Origin: Octopus vulgaris
Lineage: Eukaryota
Direction: 5' to 3'
Length of the DNA: 64,000 bases
Assembly (NCBI GenBank): GCA_951406725.2
Contig: OX597821.1
Location: 30,194,001-30,258,000 of the forward strand
Shown here: positions 25,450-39,267 of the stretch, piece by piece
Layout of the letters: each line of letters begins with the position of its first letter
Position numbering within the stretch: position 1 is the stretch's first letter
The notes under the pieces: model-generated
Told to the model about the DNA's origin: nothing
What the model saw: the letters and a program-made list of their open reading frames with translations, nothing else
The model's database searches: none
Position numbers and translations under genes: made by a program

Positions 25450-28335
25450 AAACTTAGATAAAACTTAGATAAACTTAGATATGTTTCGACCAGAGATTGG
25501 TCCAGGCCATGTCTAACTTAATAGCACCACCTGATAGGATTATTCGAATCCTGTTTAAGTCAAGTTTTGTTCAAGTAGTCAGTTCTTGTTGGGTGAGTTG
25601 TATCCAGTTTTGTTCAAGTAGTGAGTTCTTGTTGGGTGAGTTGTATCCAATTATGGGTGGCTTGTCTGGTATTCTTTGAAGGAATCTATCCAGACTCTGT
25701 TTGAAGTTGATGGGATCCTTTTCCTCTTTGATCTCCCTCGGGACAATGTTAAATAGGGCAGGGCCTGTTGAGGAAAAGAAATTATGTTGCAGTGTACATG
25801 TATGTTGTGATCTTGAATTTGGCAGGGGACGTATAGCCCGTGGTCCAAGTCTCGGATGAACCTTGAAGCTAATGTTTAGGTCGTTTGGGCAAAGTTGGCG
25901 GTATATTTTCCACATCGTACAAATGATGTACCGCTCACGGCGACGCTGGAGGGAGTAAAGTTTCAAGGCTTTAAGGCGATCCCAATAGTCGAGAGCAGCC
26001 ATGCCTTCAATTTGTTTAGTGAGTGCCCTCTGGGGTGACTCAATTCTGGAGATGTTTTGTCTTGTGTGAGGAGACCACAGTGGGCAGCAGTATTCAAGGT
26101 GTGGCCGTACAAAGGATGAAAAAAGTGGTATGATGACACCTTGTTCTCTGGACCGGAAAGTTCTTAAGATCCAGGAACTCATCCTACGAGCTGTATCGAC
26201 CTTCTTGTTGATGTGTGCACTCCAACTGAGATCGTCATCAACAATTACACCCAGGTCTCTGATATTGTTAGAGGCTGTGAGCGGTTCCCCTGAAGGAAGA
26301 GAGTATGGTTGTTTTAGTGAGGAATTTCTTCCAAAATGCATCAGCTCAAATTTTCCCTCATTCAGTTGCATTTTGTTTCTGTCTGCCCATTGACTCACAG
26401 CATATAGGTCAGACTGGAGTTGAGTTCGGTCTGCTTCTTCATTGACGATTTGCTGGAGCTTAGTGTCATCAGCAAATATTTTCACTTTGCAGTGATGTAC
26501 GACACTGGAAAGGTCGTTTACATAAATTATGAAGAGTAGCGGACCCAAAACAGTTCCCTGGGGAACACCGCTGGTGACTTTTGCTGGGTTTGAGTGGACT
26601 CCATCAACTACAACATGTTGTGTTCTATTCGCTAGGAAATACTGAATCCAGTGTAGAACTTTTCCACGGATTCCAAAATTTGCCAATTTTGAGAGTAGGA
26701 TGTTATGGTCTACCCTGTCGAACGCTTTACTGAAGTCAAGGTATATGACGTCAGAGTTCGAACCTGTTCCCAAGGCTTTGAGTACATCTTCAATGTGGTG
26801 TAAGAGCTGTGTTAGACAGTCCCTGCCACAGCGAAAGCCATGTTGATTTGAATTCAGGAGTTTGTGGGTCTCCAGGAAGTCAGCTATCCTTGATCTTAAC
26901 ACTCTTTCAAACACTTTAATGATGTGGGAGGTGAGTGAGATTGGGCGATAGTTGACTGCGAGGGATCTGTTTCCCTGTTTGAAAACCGGGATGACCGACT
27001 GGGATAGAAACTTTTTCGGTATATAACCTGCGTCTAACGAGTTTCTCCAGAGGTTGGTCAGAGGGACTGCAAGTTGATATCTACATTCCTTCAGGAGACT
27101 GGCGGGAAATCTATCAGGGCCTACAGCGGAGTAATGTTTGACCTCATTTATTGCTGCTACGATGTCGGTGGCAGTGAAGGTTATGTCTGCGATTTTGTGT
27201 TGGGAGTCAGCTTCGTTCGTTTCCCTCACATCAATATCAGTGGGAACACTGAAGACAGAGCAATATTGTTTCTGCAGTATTTCTGCCATTTCTTTAGCAT
27301 CGTGTTGGAGAATGCCGTTTTCATCAATCAATGGCCCAATAAGTGAGACAGTGGTTCTATGCTTATTTGCATAAGAATAGAACACTTTTGGGTTCTGTTT
27401 GATGTTTTTGATTACCCATTGTTCCTCCACAGCTCTTTGATTTTCAATGGAGGTTTTCATGTTAGTCTGCAGATGAAGTTTTTCCAGCTCTAGTCTTTTC
27501 ATTGTTGTTGAATGTGGATGTTGCGTGTGGGAATATTTTAATTGGTTGATTTTTTTGTTGAGTCTTTTGATGCGCCTGATGAGTGTTTTTTTCTTTTTAG
27601 GGAGCCGGTTTCTGTTTGTGTTAGTAGATTTCTTGGGAGCGTGTTTAGAGCATGTGTCGGTGACAATGGTTTCAAAGTGCTGCCACGCGGTCTCAATATG
27701 AGGGGAATTGAGAGTAAAAGACCAGTCGATGGAAGACAGATCCTTTCTGATTGTTCCCCAGTCCGCTTTGTGGAAATTTATGTTGTCAAATGGGTGCCAT
27801 GGAGTGGGATTGGCTGGTTTGGTTTTTATACGTCGGGAATTAAGATTGCAGAGTACCATGTCGTGGTCTGAGAGGAGAGTTTTTTCGACTGAAATGCTGT
27901 GAACGTAGCTAGAGTGATTGGTCAGTACCAGATCCAAGATCGTTTTATTCTGTCTCGTTGGTTCAAGCACTAGCTGAGTCAGGAAATACTCATCCATCAG
28001 ATTAAAGAGCAGTTCTGCTGCTGCCCTATCTGATGTAGAGCACTTGCCCAACTTCGGAGTATTTGTGGGCCAGTTCACATGAGGGAGGTTAAAATCACCC
28101 ATCACTATTATGTTTCCGGAGTGGTACTTCCGAAGGAAGGACTTGACTTTGCTAAGGCACTCTTCAAAGTACTTTAGAGGTGCCTGGGGAGGCCTGTAAA
28201 GACCAACAATGGTTATGTCCTTGGCTTTGTTGTATACTGATACCGATTCACAGTAGCCATTGGAAAATGTGTCCTTGGCATCAAGTGAAAAGGAGTCATG
28301 GATAAAGATGGCTGTCCCTCCCTTATTTCGGTCTG
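25449..28335 (-). mobile_element. Young 5'-truncated CR1-like LINE inserted in (TA)n
   Basis: Uninterrupted APE+RT frame, conserved 3' stem-loop, tail of (ATCTAAGTTT)n-type repeats at 25449-25480, TA arrays at both ends. Confidence 0.95.
25571..28335 (-). CDS. LINE ORF2 (partial APE endonuclease + reverse transcriptase), ~920 codons open, lacking its native N-terminus
   Basis: DR..GG.AI, YRPP, MGDFN, LDLVLT, SDH (APE). NYRPISLTS, QHGFR, DFSKAFD, GVPQGTVLGP, FADD (RT). The first ~80 aa of the listed 1000-aa ORF are microsatellite/SINE read-through. Confidence 0.9.
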
Positions 28336-28356
28336 TATATATATATATATATATAT

Positions 28357-28440
28357 TGTGGCTCTGTGGTATGAAATTTACCTCCCAGCCCCATGGTTCC
28401 AAGTTCAGTCCTAGCCCGTGGTCTCGGACTGCCCTAGGAC
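28357..28440 (+). mobile_element. SINE head fragment
   Basis: gtggctctgtggtatgaaatttacctcccagccccatggttccaagttcagtcc, the reverse complement of the head at ~43200-43258. Confidence 0.6.
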
Positions 28441-28500
28441 TTATGAAAGTATATACATATATATACATACATACATGCACACACACGCACACACACACAT

Positions 28501-28531
<31 letters not shown>

Positions 28532-29218
28532 GATTAATTTAATAAAAACCGATAGAGCTACTAATAGTCTCATACTTTTAAGATACTTTAACTAGGCATA
28601 TTTATGAAATACGCCATATATCCATATGTCTCCAAGCAATCTTCCAGGCTATGTTTATGCGTTATAAATATATTAAAAATAAGGACGCGTGACAGGCTGA
28701 AAATAAGTAGAGAAAAACCTCTCCCCCCAAAAAGTAACAAACAAAAAACAAACCAAAAAAACACGTGAGGAAGGTTGACGGAAAAAATGGAACGTGAATA
28801 TGGAAGCGAAATCAAGAAAACATAGATCCCCGGTGTCCCCCGATTACAGAACCCGCATTAAATACAGCTGCTATAGTTCAAAATAACAGAAACTATGTCA
28901 AAATCTGCGAGACAACTCAATCTGGAGCGGTTGTGTCCTTCATTCGATAACCTGTCCCTGTTTTTACAACTGCTAAAAATTTCTGATCTGTAATTAAGCA
29001 GTGTTGGAAATGTTGGATCTATGAAGAATAAGAGATCATGCTGCAACGCCATAAGTTGCATTTGTTAAATCCATTATCATGTGTCTGGATTCTACTGCGA
29101 TTCTCCACTTAATTGTACATCGATGATTATTCTATATTGGCCACCAGCATACCAAAGCCTAGCGTGAAGACTTCGTAATGGGAAACTGAAAAGATCCAGT
29201 CGTATATATATATATATA

Positions 29219-29558
29219 TTACGGAGATGTACTCGCATAGCAAGTATTTTGATCTGAGATCGTGTGCTGAAACGAAAACAATTGCAGCGTGGAAGGTGTT
29301 TATAAGCCATTTAATAAACACACAAAAGCCGTTCGATTCACTTCAACATTTAAGTTTAATTTGTCAAAATATTTTCGTCGCTAAAATCCGCGACCTGTTC
29401 ACTGACAAAGTGATGCAGCACGGACTTTGTCAGTGAACAGGTCGCGGATTTTAGCGACGAAAATATTTTGACAAATTAAACTTAAATGTTGAAGTGAATC
29501 GAACGGCTTTTGTGTGTTTATTAAATGGCTTATAAACACCTTCCACGCTGCAATTGTT
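29219..29558. mobile_element. TA-inserted element containing a perfect 135-bp inverted repeat with an HHR-like fold in each arm
   Basis: 29277-29411 is the exact reverse complement of 29424-29558 (12-nt spacer). TA repeats on both sides. Confidence 0.85.
29426..29475 (+). ncRNA. Candidate minimal type I hammerhead with G3-C8 core variant (mirror copy at 29360-29409, minus strand)
   Basis: uuuguca-GUGAACA-g-gucgc ggauuuua gcgac-GAAA-auau-UU^-ugacaaa. Confidence 0.55.
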
Positions 29559-30649
29559 ATATATATATATGCATATATGGGTACAAGACGTCACCAGCAG
29601 TAAACAACATGAAGTACGAAAACAAATGAGTCACTTGCGGAAACAACGAGAGAAAAAATAGTAAACAGGACAAGTAACACAAAGAACGACCCTTTATCAG
29701 TTGCCGGCTGGCTATCTACTCCTCATTTCGAGCATTCAGTGACATTATGAGTTTTCGAAAACAGTTGCTCCCATAAATATCAAAATAAAATTTTGGATTT
29801 ATGAAGGGTCAAAGTTGGGAACAAATACAGGACAAAAAGGAAACCGAACGAAAACAAACACGGAGGGTCGTTAGAACAGAACGTGTGTGTGTGTGTGTGT
29901 GTGTGTTTATCCTTCGTCACCACTTGACAACCAATGCTGTTATGTCTCCGCATCTTAGCAGTTCGAGAAAAATAAACTGGAACATAACTGTTGAGGTCAA
30001 TTCATTCGACTAAACATTACGCAACATGGCGCAGTCTGATGTCTGAAAAATATATGAGTGCGTGCGTGCGTGTGTGTATGCGCATGTGTGTGCGTGAGTG
30101 TGAGTGTATACATTATTTATAATAAACACTTATATATTGGCACGCCTGCATGAATCCATAGAAAGATACATCGTTACTGAACACCTATTGCTTCAAAAAA
30201 CCCAAATAAATAAAAGAAGCAATCAACCTCACCCCAAGAAATAATAAAAACTTACTTCTACCAAACAACTTACTCTAATTACCTAACTATCTATATACAC
30301 AATGATTCACATACGTTTTCGCTTACATACTTAACTCTCTATCATTGCAACCGGATGTACAGAACATTATAATTAGATAATCTTTACTGGTATTTCGTTA
30401 AATAGATGACATATGAATTTTAATAGCCTGCTAATATTTTCTTAAATGCTATACAAAAATATGAAATAAGAACAGAAACAAATATAAAAATATAGCAGTT
30501 GCATGCGGCTGAAAATGTGTTCAGGTATGCCTGAACAGTAAGTTGCTGTTTGATAATGTGGAAAGGAAATCCGAATCACAACGTATTATGTTATAACGCG
30601 AAGGACATAGGTTTCTCGATGCGCTACCAAGTGGTCTTTCATGTAATAT

Positions 30650-31262
30650 CCTTTTCTATTCTAGACCCAAGGCGCGAAATTTTGGGGGAGGGGGCGAGTC
30701 GATTAGATCGATCTCAGTACGCAATTGGTACTTATATAATCGACCCCGAAAGGATTTAAGGCAAATTCGACCTCGGCGGAATTTGAACTCAGAAGGTAAA
30801 GACAGATGAAATACCTATTTCTTTACTATCCACAAGGAGCTAAACACAGATAGGACAAACAAGGACAGACAAAGGGATTAAGTCGATTATATCGACCCCA
30901 GTGCGTAAATGGTACTTAATTTATCGACCCCGAAAGGATGAAAGGCAAAGTCAACCTCAGTGGAATTTGAACTCAGAAGGTAACGGCAGACGAAATACCG
31001 CTAAGCATTTCGTCCGCCGTGCTAACGTTCTTATTTCTTTATTGCTCATAAGGAGCTAAAGATAGAGGAGCAAACAAGGACAGACAAAGGGATTAAGTCG
31101 ATTACATCGACCCCAATGCGCAACTAGTTCTTAATTTATCGACCCCGAAAGGATGAAAGGCAAAATCGACCTCGGCGGAATTTGAACTCAGAACGTAGCG
31201 GCAGACGAAATACCGCTAAGCATTTCGCCCGGCGTGCTAACGTTTCTGCCAGCTCGCCGCCT
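30650..31262 (-). mobile_element. Three head-to-tail SINE copies (second family)
   Basis: Three repeats of atcgaccccgaaaggat...ggcaaa.tc.acctc..ggaatttgaactcagaa at ~30740, ~30925 and ~31140. Confidence 0.9.
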
Positions 31263-31344
31263 CGTCTTTGATGTAATATCGACATCGTAAATGACTCCAC
31301 TCGACGAGGTTATTAACAAGAATAACATCAACACTAAAATCTGT

Positions 31345-31680
31345 TAATTCTTTCAGTCATTGGACTGCGGCCATACTAGGGCACCATATTCAAGGGTTTA
31401 TCGGTATAAGTTTTACCGAACCGCTAAGTAACGTTGATATAAACAAATCCAGCACCTTTTTGCAACGGTGGAGGAAGACAAGCAAAAGCACAACGACAAA
31501 CATAGATATACATATACACACGCACGCACAGACACACAGACAGACGCAGACACACACACGTTCTTGTTTCTGTCAACCGTATCCACTCACAAGACTTTTA
31601 TGGGCAGTTGACTATAGTAGAAAGCAATCGCCCAAGGTGCCTGGTAGAGGTTGGAAAGCAAACCATGACTACTAACAACA
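31345..31680 (-). mobile_element. Degraded composite SINE
   Basis: ttcagtcattggactgcggccat tail, ccgaaccgctaag, and tccactcacaagacttt...ctatagtagaa...cccaaggtgcc, as in 42880-43258. Confidence 0.6.
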
Positions 31681-32048
31681 ATGCGATCAAATATCATAAT
31701 ACAAAATGCCAAAAAATTTCATTGTAGAATGGCGTGCGCAAGCGTATACTCATGCGCACGCGCGCATGTGTATGTGATAGTTAAGTATGTGTTTATCCCA
31801 TTTCTCAAATAGAAGTATTTTGATTATATTTATAGTTCATCACAGGCGTTTCGAGACGATTTTCCTGCGTCCCAATTCGCTCACAAAACTTGGATGCACC
31901 CGATGCTATGGTAAAGATAATTGTCGAAGATGCCACACAGAAAAATCTAACGCTTTTGGTCTTCTCGTTGCGATTTTCTTCACCACTGACACATGCATGA
32001 CGTACATGAGTCAGTACGAGTGTGTGTGCGTAAACACAAACATACACA

Positions 32049-32093
<45 letters not shown>

Positions 32094-32678
32094 CAAATTT
32101 ATGTGTCTATTTATCCATCCATCCTTACATCCATCCAACTATCTATCTATCGATCTAACTTTCTTTCTTTCTTTCTGTGCGTGTGTACATATATATACAT
32201 ATACGCAGATACTCACATATAGCTGCAATCTAGTAATTGAAAACGCGTCTACCCCAGACTTCAAGAATTGGCAGTTGAGCAATTTTGCAATGTAGCCCTA
32301 ATAACCTAGAAATATAAAATGGCTAAAACTGAAAGCCATTGAGAGTTGGTATGTTCCCATTGGAGCAAAAATATCAACAGCATACAGAATAGTTAATCGA
32401 TCGTGATCTACAACGCTCGATAGTCAAATATTTTAAATCTCCTTCAACTATTTAATAGCATCAAATTTTCAACCATACCACAAGTCGTATCAAGCTGATT
32501 CTCTCACAGTCTAGGTTAACAACGCCCATGTCTAAGTTACGCAATTAGTCATATATTAATTCAAGAAGCATGTATTTAGTGGTCGAAGAACTGAATGCTC
32601 ATCTTGAAGATCAACGGAAAATCCATGAAGTGTATATACGTAGAGATGGAATAGAGATGATGAAGGATGTGGATGTAT

Positions 32679-33241
32679 GGGATCTTTTCGGTTTGAACGG
32701 TAGTTTCTAACAATATTCTAGGTAACTAAAAAGTTTTAAACTTCGTATACTGGTAGAATGTGTTTATAAAATATCTATTTCTCTTGGCTTTATTGAGAAA
32801 ACACTATAGTTTGTAAGATATTTGTTGTTTTTTTTCTTCAATTTTTGCAATTTCAATCAATCAGTGACGTCTATTGAGGTAAAAAAAACATTCAGTGCCG
32901 TATGAATATGTCCCTCGTTTAAGAAACAGGGTTAGGGGTGGGGGGAAAGAGTATCTTTTTTTTCTTCACAAATGTAACTAAACCCAATCTATTTCTTAAA
33001 CGAGGGACATATTCATACGGCACAGAATGCCTTTTTTTTACCTCAATAGACGTCAGTGATTGGTTCAAATTGCAGAAATTGAAGGAAAAAACAACACATA
33101 TCTTACAAAGTATACAATTTTCTCAATAAAGCCAAGAGAAAAAGATTTTTTATAAACACATTCTACCAGTATACGAAGTTTAACATTTTTTAGTTACCTA
33201 GAAATTATGTTAAAAACTGCCGTTCAAAATGAGAAGATCCT
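32679..33241. mobile_element. Palindromic MITE / fold-back non-autonomous DNA transposon
   Basis: ~250-bp arms from ggatcttttcggtttgaacgg to ccgttcaaaatgagaagatcc. Same family as 38840-39267. Confidence 0.85.
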
Positions 33242-34349
33242 ATTTGGCTTCTATTTGTAGGAGATCAAAAGATGAAGCTCGGTTTACTTTTGTTTCATTG
33301 GAACTCGACATTGCTATCACAAGTGTTTCATTAATTCAACTGATACACCAGCTTGCTTATAAGTTAAAGATATTTGCACAGAACGGAGTCCAGAATTTAT
33401 TTATATCACATTAGAGAGATCCTATGTATTTCACATATTTATTTCGCATTATTTTTCTACTGTTTTCGAATTTCAATTTTAAGCAGTCGGAAGTGAAGGT
33501 GACCGTCTCTAACTTTAGAGAACGACTCGAAATAAAACAGCATTATATAAAATAAACAAAGTGACTGAAAATAAAAGGTTAAAGTTACACTAGAAAGAAG
33601 GGTCTAAGATAGTATGTCTAGAATTTCTTCTCTTATTCACTCTTTCATATAACGATTCTATCACATTAAAGTTGTTGATATAGGCTAGGTTGGTTTGAAC
33701 GAATAAACAAGCTCTAAAAAGACTTCTAATTTCTTACATATCGAATTACAATGCTCACTATATCGCATTTTAATGTTTAGATTTTCTCTCTCGCTATAAA
33801 AAAATATATATTTCTTTGTATTGTATTATATTTATTTACACAAGCATAGAATATAAAAAGCAGATTATAAAGGCTGCCATGTTAACTGATATTTATCTCA
33901 ATACATAGATGGCATTTAATATGTTTTTAAAGGTTGTTAAATCTTTCCAACATAAAAATAGGAATAGTGAAGGGAAGAGCTAAAATACGATGCAATTTTC
34001 TTTTATATATTATTTCTTTCCGTTCTTATTTTGCTCGATTTCGTAAGAAGTATAGTGGTGTGATGGATGTATTAAGAATTTGTTTGAGACCTCAGTGAAG
34101 AAGTTTAAAAGGTTGTTGCGGTGATATGAGAGGTAAGGTAAATACGAGAAAAAGTCAAGTAGATGTGAAGAGTGCTAAAGACCGAAAGCCAGCTTCATAA
34201 TGAACGGTATTGTTTCAGTGTGTGTTTCTGTATGTGTGAATGTGTGCGTGTGTGTGTGGGTGTGTGCTTCTGTGTTTGTTTATACACGCATATATACCCG
34301 TATGTGCATGCATGTGTACTTATCAATTCTTCTACGTAGGTAACATATG

Positions 34350-34387
<38 letters not shown>

Positions 34388-34616
34388 TACTAACATATAC
34401 ATATATAAACATATATATATATATAATCAAAATCAAAAATCAAAATCAATCATATATATATACATACGTATGCTTATATATTTATATACAAACGTCCATA
34501 TATATAAATATATACATATAGTTCTACATATACATATATATGTATATATATATATATACATACAGACATATATATACATACATATTATTTTTTTGTAAAT
34601 TCTCACTATATACGTG

Positions 34617-34683
<67 letters not shown>

Positions 34684-35074
34684 GTATATACATGCGCATA
34701 CATATGTTTATATAAGTGTGTGAGTGTATATATACATATATAGATATAGATATATATATATAAACACTCACACCCACAAAGATATGAAGGAACATTAATT
34801 TATGTACGCATATGTAACAGGCTGTGCATATATTTCCCTGTTTATATCATTATAGCATTGAGGGTAATAACGGCAAACGACAACCAATATAAGATGTAGC
34901 TACAACTTTGTTACAAAATCACCATAAGAACAATGGAAATTGTTAATGAAAACAAACATTTAGGTATAGAAAATGATAACAGAAAGAACAAAATTACATC
35001 CGAGAGATTGTACCTGGAAAATATACATATATTCATTGATAAGACACACACAAATATATGTACATATATACATA

Positions 35075-36578
<1,504 letters not shown>

Positions 36579-37088
36579 CAATATATATATATATACATAC
36601 ATACTCACACATATACATACAGGCAAGTACACAAGTATACTGAAATAGATATATTCGTGCTTCCATGTCTACATACATACATACATATATGCCGACTTCC
36701 TGAACTACATGCGTATATAAAAGAATGCCTAAATCAATTTACACACACCCACTTGCGCGTACGTCTATACGTGCATACACGTATACATTCCTCATTAATC
36801 TTTAGAAGCTCAGTTTGAAAATCTCAGAAAGAACATGCATGATCACTGGATTGCAGCTACACGTGATCAATGGCTCTATTTGAGTATGCGTGACATTCTA
36901 GGAATTTAGTAGGTAATAATAGCATATACAGACCTATGAAAATTCACGTACCCAATGACATCCAATCCATGTACAAGTGTGTGTATATGTATGTCTAGAT
37001 ATATATATATATATCTATATATATATATATATATATATAGATATATAGATATATCAGTCGCCATGATACATCGTTACCCACTACACCC

Positions 37089-37252
37089 ATTTTTTTTCTC
37101 TCCTTGTTTTTTTTTCTGTGTCCCTTTCTGTAGAAGAGCGTAGGAACGAAACGCAAAATACGTTTTCTATTCCTGAGCGTTATACTCATACATCTGTTTG
37201 TTTTGTACACCACCTGTCTTCGTCTTTTGTTGTTTTTTCGTAAACTCTCCCT
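37089..37252 (+). mobile_element. Short dispersed repeat, second copy at 48683-48843
   Basis: Shared ctttct.t.gaaga.cgtagg..cgaaacg...cc.gagcgttatact.ata.atctgtttgtt. Next to TA arrays. Confidence 0.7.
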
Positions 37253-37347
37253 TTATATGTATGTATATGTGTAATTATACATGTTTATATGTATGTATAT
37301 ATATCTGTCTATCTATCTACCTACGTTTTTGTGTATGTATGTGTGCG

Positions 37348-37387
<40 letters not shown>

Positions 37388-37407
37388 AAGGAACATGGCT
37401 TAGTGGG

Positions 37408-37730
37408 TGGGGTCGCATGGCTCAGTGGTTAAGGGGTTGCACTCACGACTAGGTTCGATTCCCAGACCGAGCGTTGCGATGTGTTCTAGAGCAAAGCACA
37501 CCATTTCTGCGATGATTTCGACATTTGGCATGCGACATCCGTTGCACTTGTGCAGGTAATGTCGATCTGATGGAGAGCGTGAGCTTATATCTTCAAATGC
37601 CGCCGGGGTCAACTCTGCCTTTCATCCTTTCGGGGTTGATAAATTGAGTACTAGTGAGACACTGGGGTCGATGTTATCGACGGGTCTCCTCCCTCGTAAT
37701 TGCAAGGGCTGTGTCATATAGTAGAAAGGA
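37408..37730 (+). mobile_element. tRNA-derived SINE(s), chimeric
   Basis: A box tggctcagtggtt and B box ggttcgattccc, followed by a second-family body gcctttcatcctttcggggttgataa. Confidence 0.75.
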
Positions 37731-38839
37731 TTTGATTGGTCTGGTCTTAATATCAGTTGGTAAGAATAGAAGTCATTTGACGACATATTTTTGTTTGTAA
37801 TTGGCTATTCTGTTGCAGGTTCAGTCCGGGGAATATTGAATTAATACCCAACTTGTCCATTCCACAGAATGAGAGAATGCTGGAGAACATCAAAACAGGG
37901 ATGAGTCTGTGAAACACGTTTAAGGTTGTTATCTTGAACACGAATAAGAATATCATGATCGTCAAACCATAAGGTTGGCTACTTCATTAAGTAATATGGA
38001 CTTATTAAAACAGCGTGAAATTTTGTTTGCTATAGTTTACTATAGAAGTAACGAACGCAGAAGCACGTACACATACACATACACACACGCACACACACAA
38101 AATTGATAATATTGAAAACAGCAAAACGTACACATACATAGTTCAAGCAAAACGAAATGTAGTCAATACAGGTGCAAAACATACATTCTGTAGCATAGTT
38201 ATGCTTTAAAAGAAAATGAAAGTCAACAATTTAGCAAAAGTTAGTATGCGTCACGAATGTAAGACAGTCCAGAAAGTCAACATTCATTTCTAACATGTGC
38301 TAAATGTTATAAGATTCACGATAGAATGAATGCCACGGTGAAGAAAGTGAAAGTCCAAGAAAATTCAGAAGGCATAATTCAATTTTTCATACAAAAATAA
38401 TTTATTTTACAATTTTGAAATGAACGCTGAACCAAGTGTATAAAAAGGGAGATGCTGTTGTGAAGGTTAGTTTAAAATATTTGCTGAAGGATGTATGTAG
38501 CAAGATATAAATTAATTTGATATTACTATATATTTTTGAACTGTTTAACGTTATAGGCTGTAAAATAAATACTGAGTCACGCAGTACAAAGGTTGTGCGA
38601 CGTTGATACTCACAGAGATGAAGAATACAAGGACTGATAAAAAAAAACAACATTATCTTGAAACTGGTTAGAAGCAGTGGAAGAAAATTTCTGTAATTAT
38701 ATCGAGAGAGGCGCTGAGGCTTTCTACTACGCTAAGTTTCCGATTTGTTATAATAACCAGACTAACATTTTTTTTCAGATATGTTTGCGTGTATTGAGAG
38801 TGCTGGTAAATCAGTCAAGTATGCATATTATATCATACA

Positions 38840-39267
38840 GAGATCTTTTCGGTTTGAATGGCTTTTTTTAACATAATTTCTAGATAACTAAAAAATGTTA
38901 AACTTCGTATACTGGTAGAATGTGTTTATAAAACATATTTTTGTATTGGCTTTATTGAGAAAATTCTATAGTTTGTAAGATATTTGTGGGAGGGATCTTC
39001 AATTTCTGCAATTTCAACCAATCACTAGCGTCTATTGAGGTAAAAAAACATTCTGTGCTGTACGAATATGTCCCTCGTTTAAGAAACAGATTGGGTTTAT
39101 TTACATTAGTGAAGAAAAAAAGATACCCTTCCCCCACCCCTAACCCTAACTAACTCTAACCCTAAAACAGATTGAAATGCAATACATCGATACTAGGGTC
39201 GTAATTACGGGTGACAATTTCATATGACACCGCTAGAAAAAACTGCCGTTCAAACCGCTAAGATCCC
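38840..39267. mobile_element. MITE / non-autonomous DNA transposon with short TIRs and internal (TAACCC)n
   Basis: TIRs gagatcttttcggtttgaa / ttcaaaccgctaagatccc. ccctaaccctaac at ~39138-39165. Confidence 0.8.

Noticed and set aside
25473-25525. uuaga...gacca/ugguc-GAAAC...ucuaa resembling a hammerhead
   Set aside because: No CUGANGA-like core. Better explained as the LINE 3' recognition stem-loop.
28336-28573. N-terminal ~80 aa of the 1000-aa ORF, which looks like a signal-peptide fusion to RT
   Set aside because: It is read-through across TA/CA repeats and an antisense SINE head. The LINE is simply 5'-truncated.
29578-29882. Microsatellite-flanked segment with minus-strand GAAA...CUGAUAA
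   Set aside because: Probably a dispersed repeat, but the stems needed for a type II/III hammerhead could not be built.
37408-37475. tRNA gene (A and B boxes present)
   Set aside because: No complete cloverleaf. It continues into a SINE body.
39135-39168. Interstitial telomere
   Set aside because: Only a few degenerate TAACCC units, internal to a MITE.
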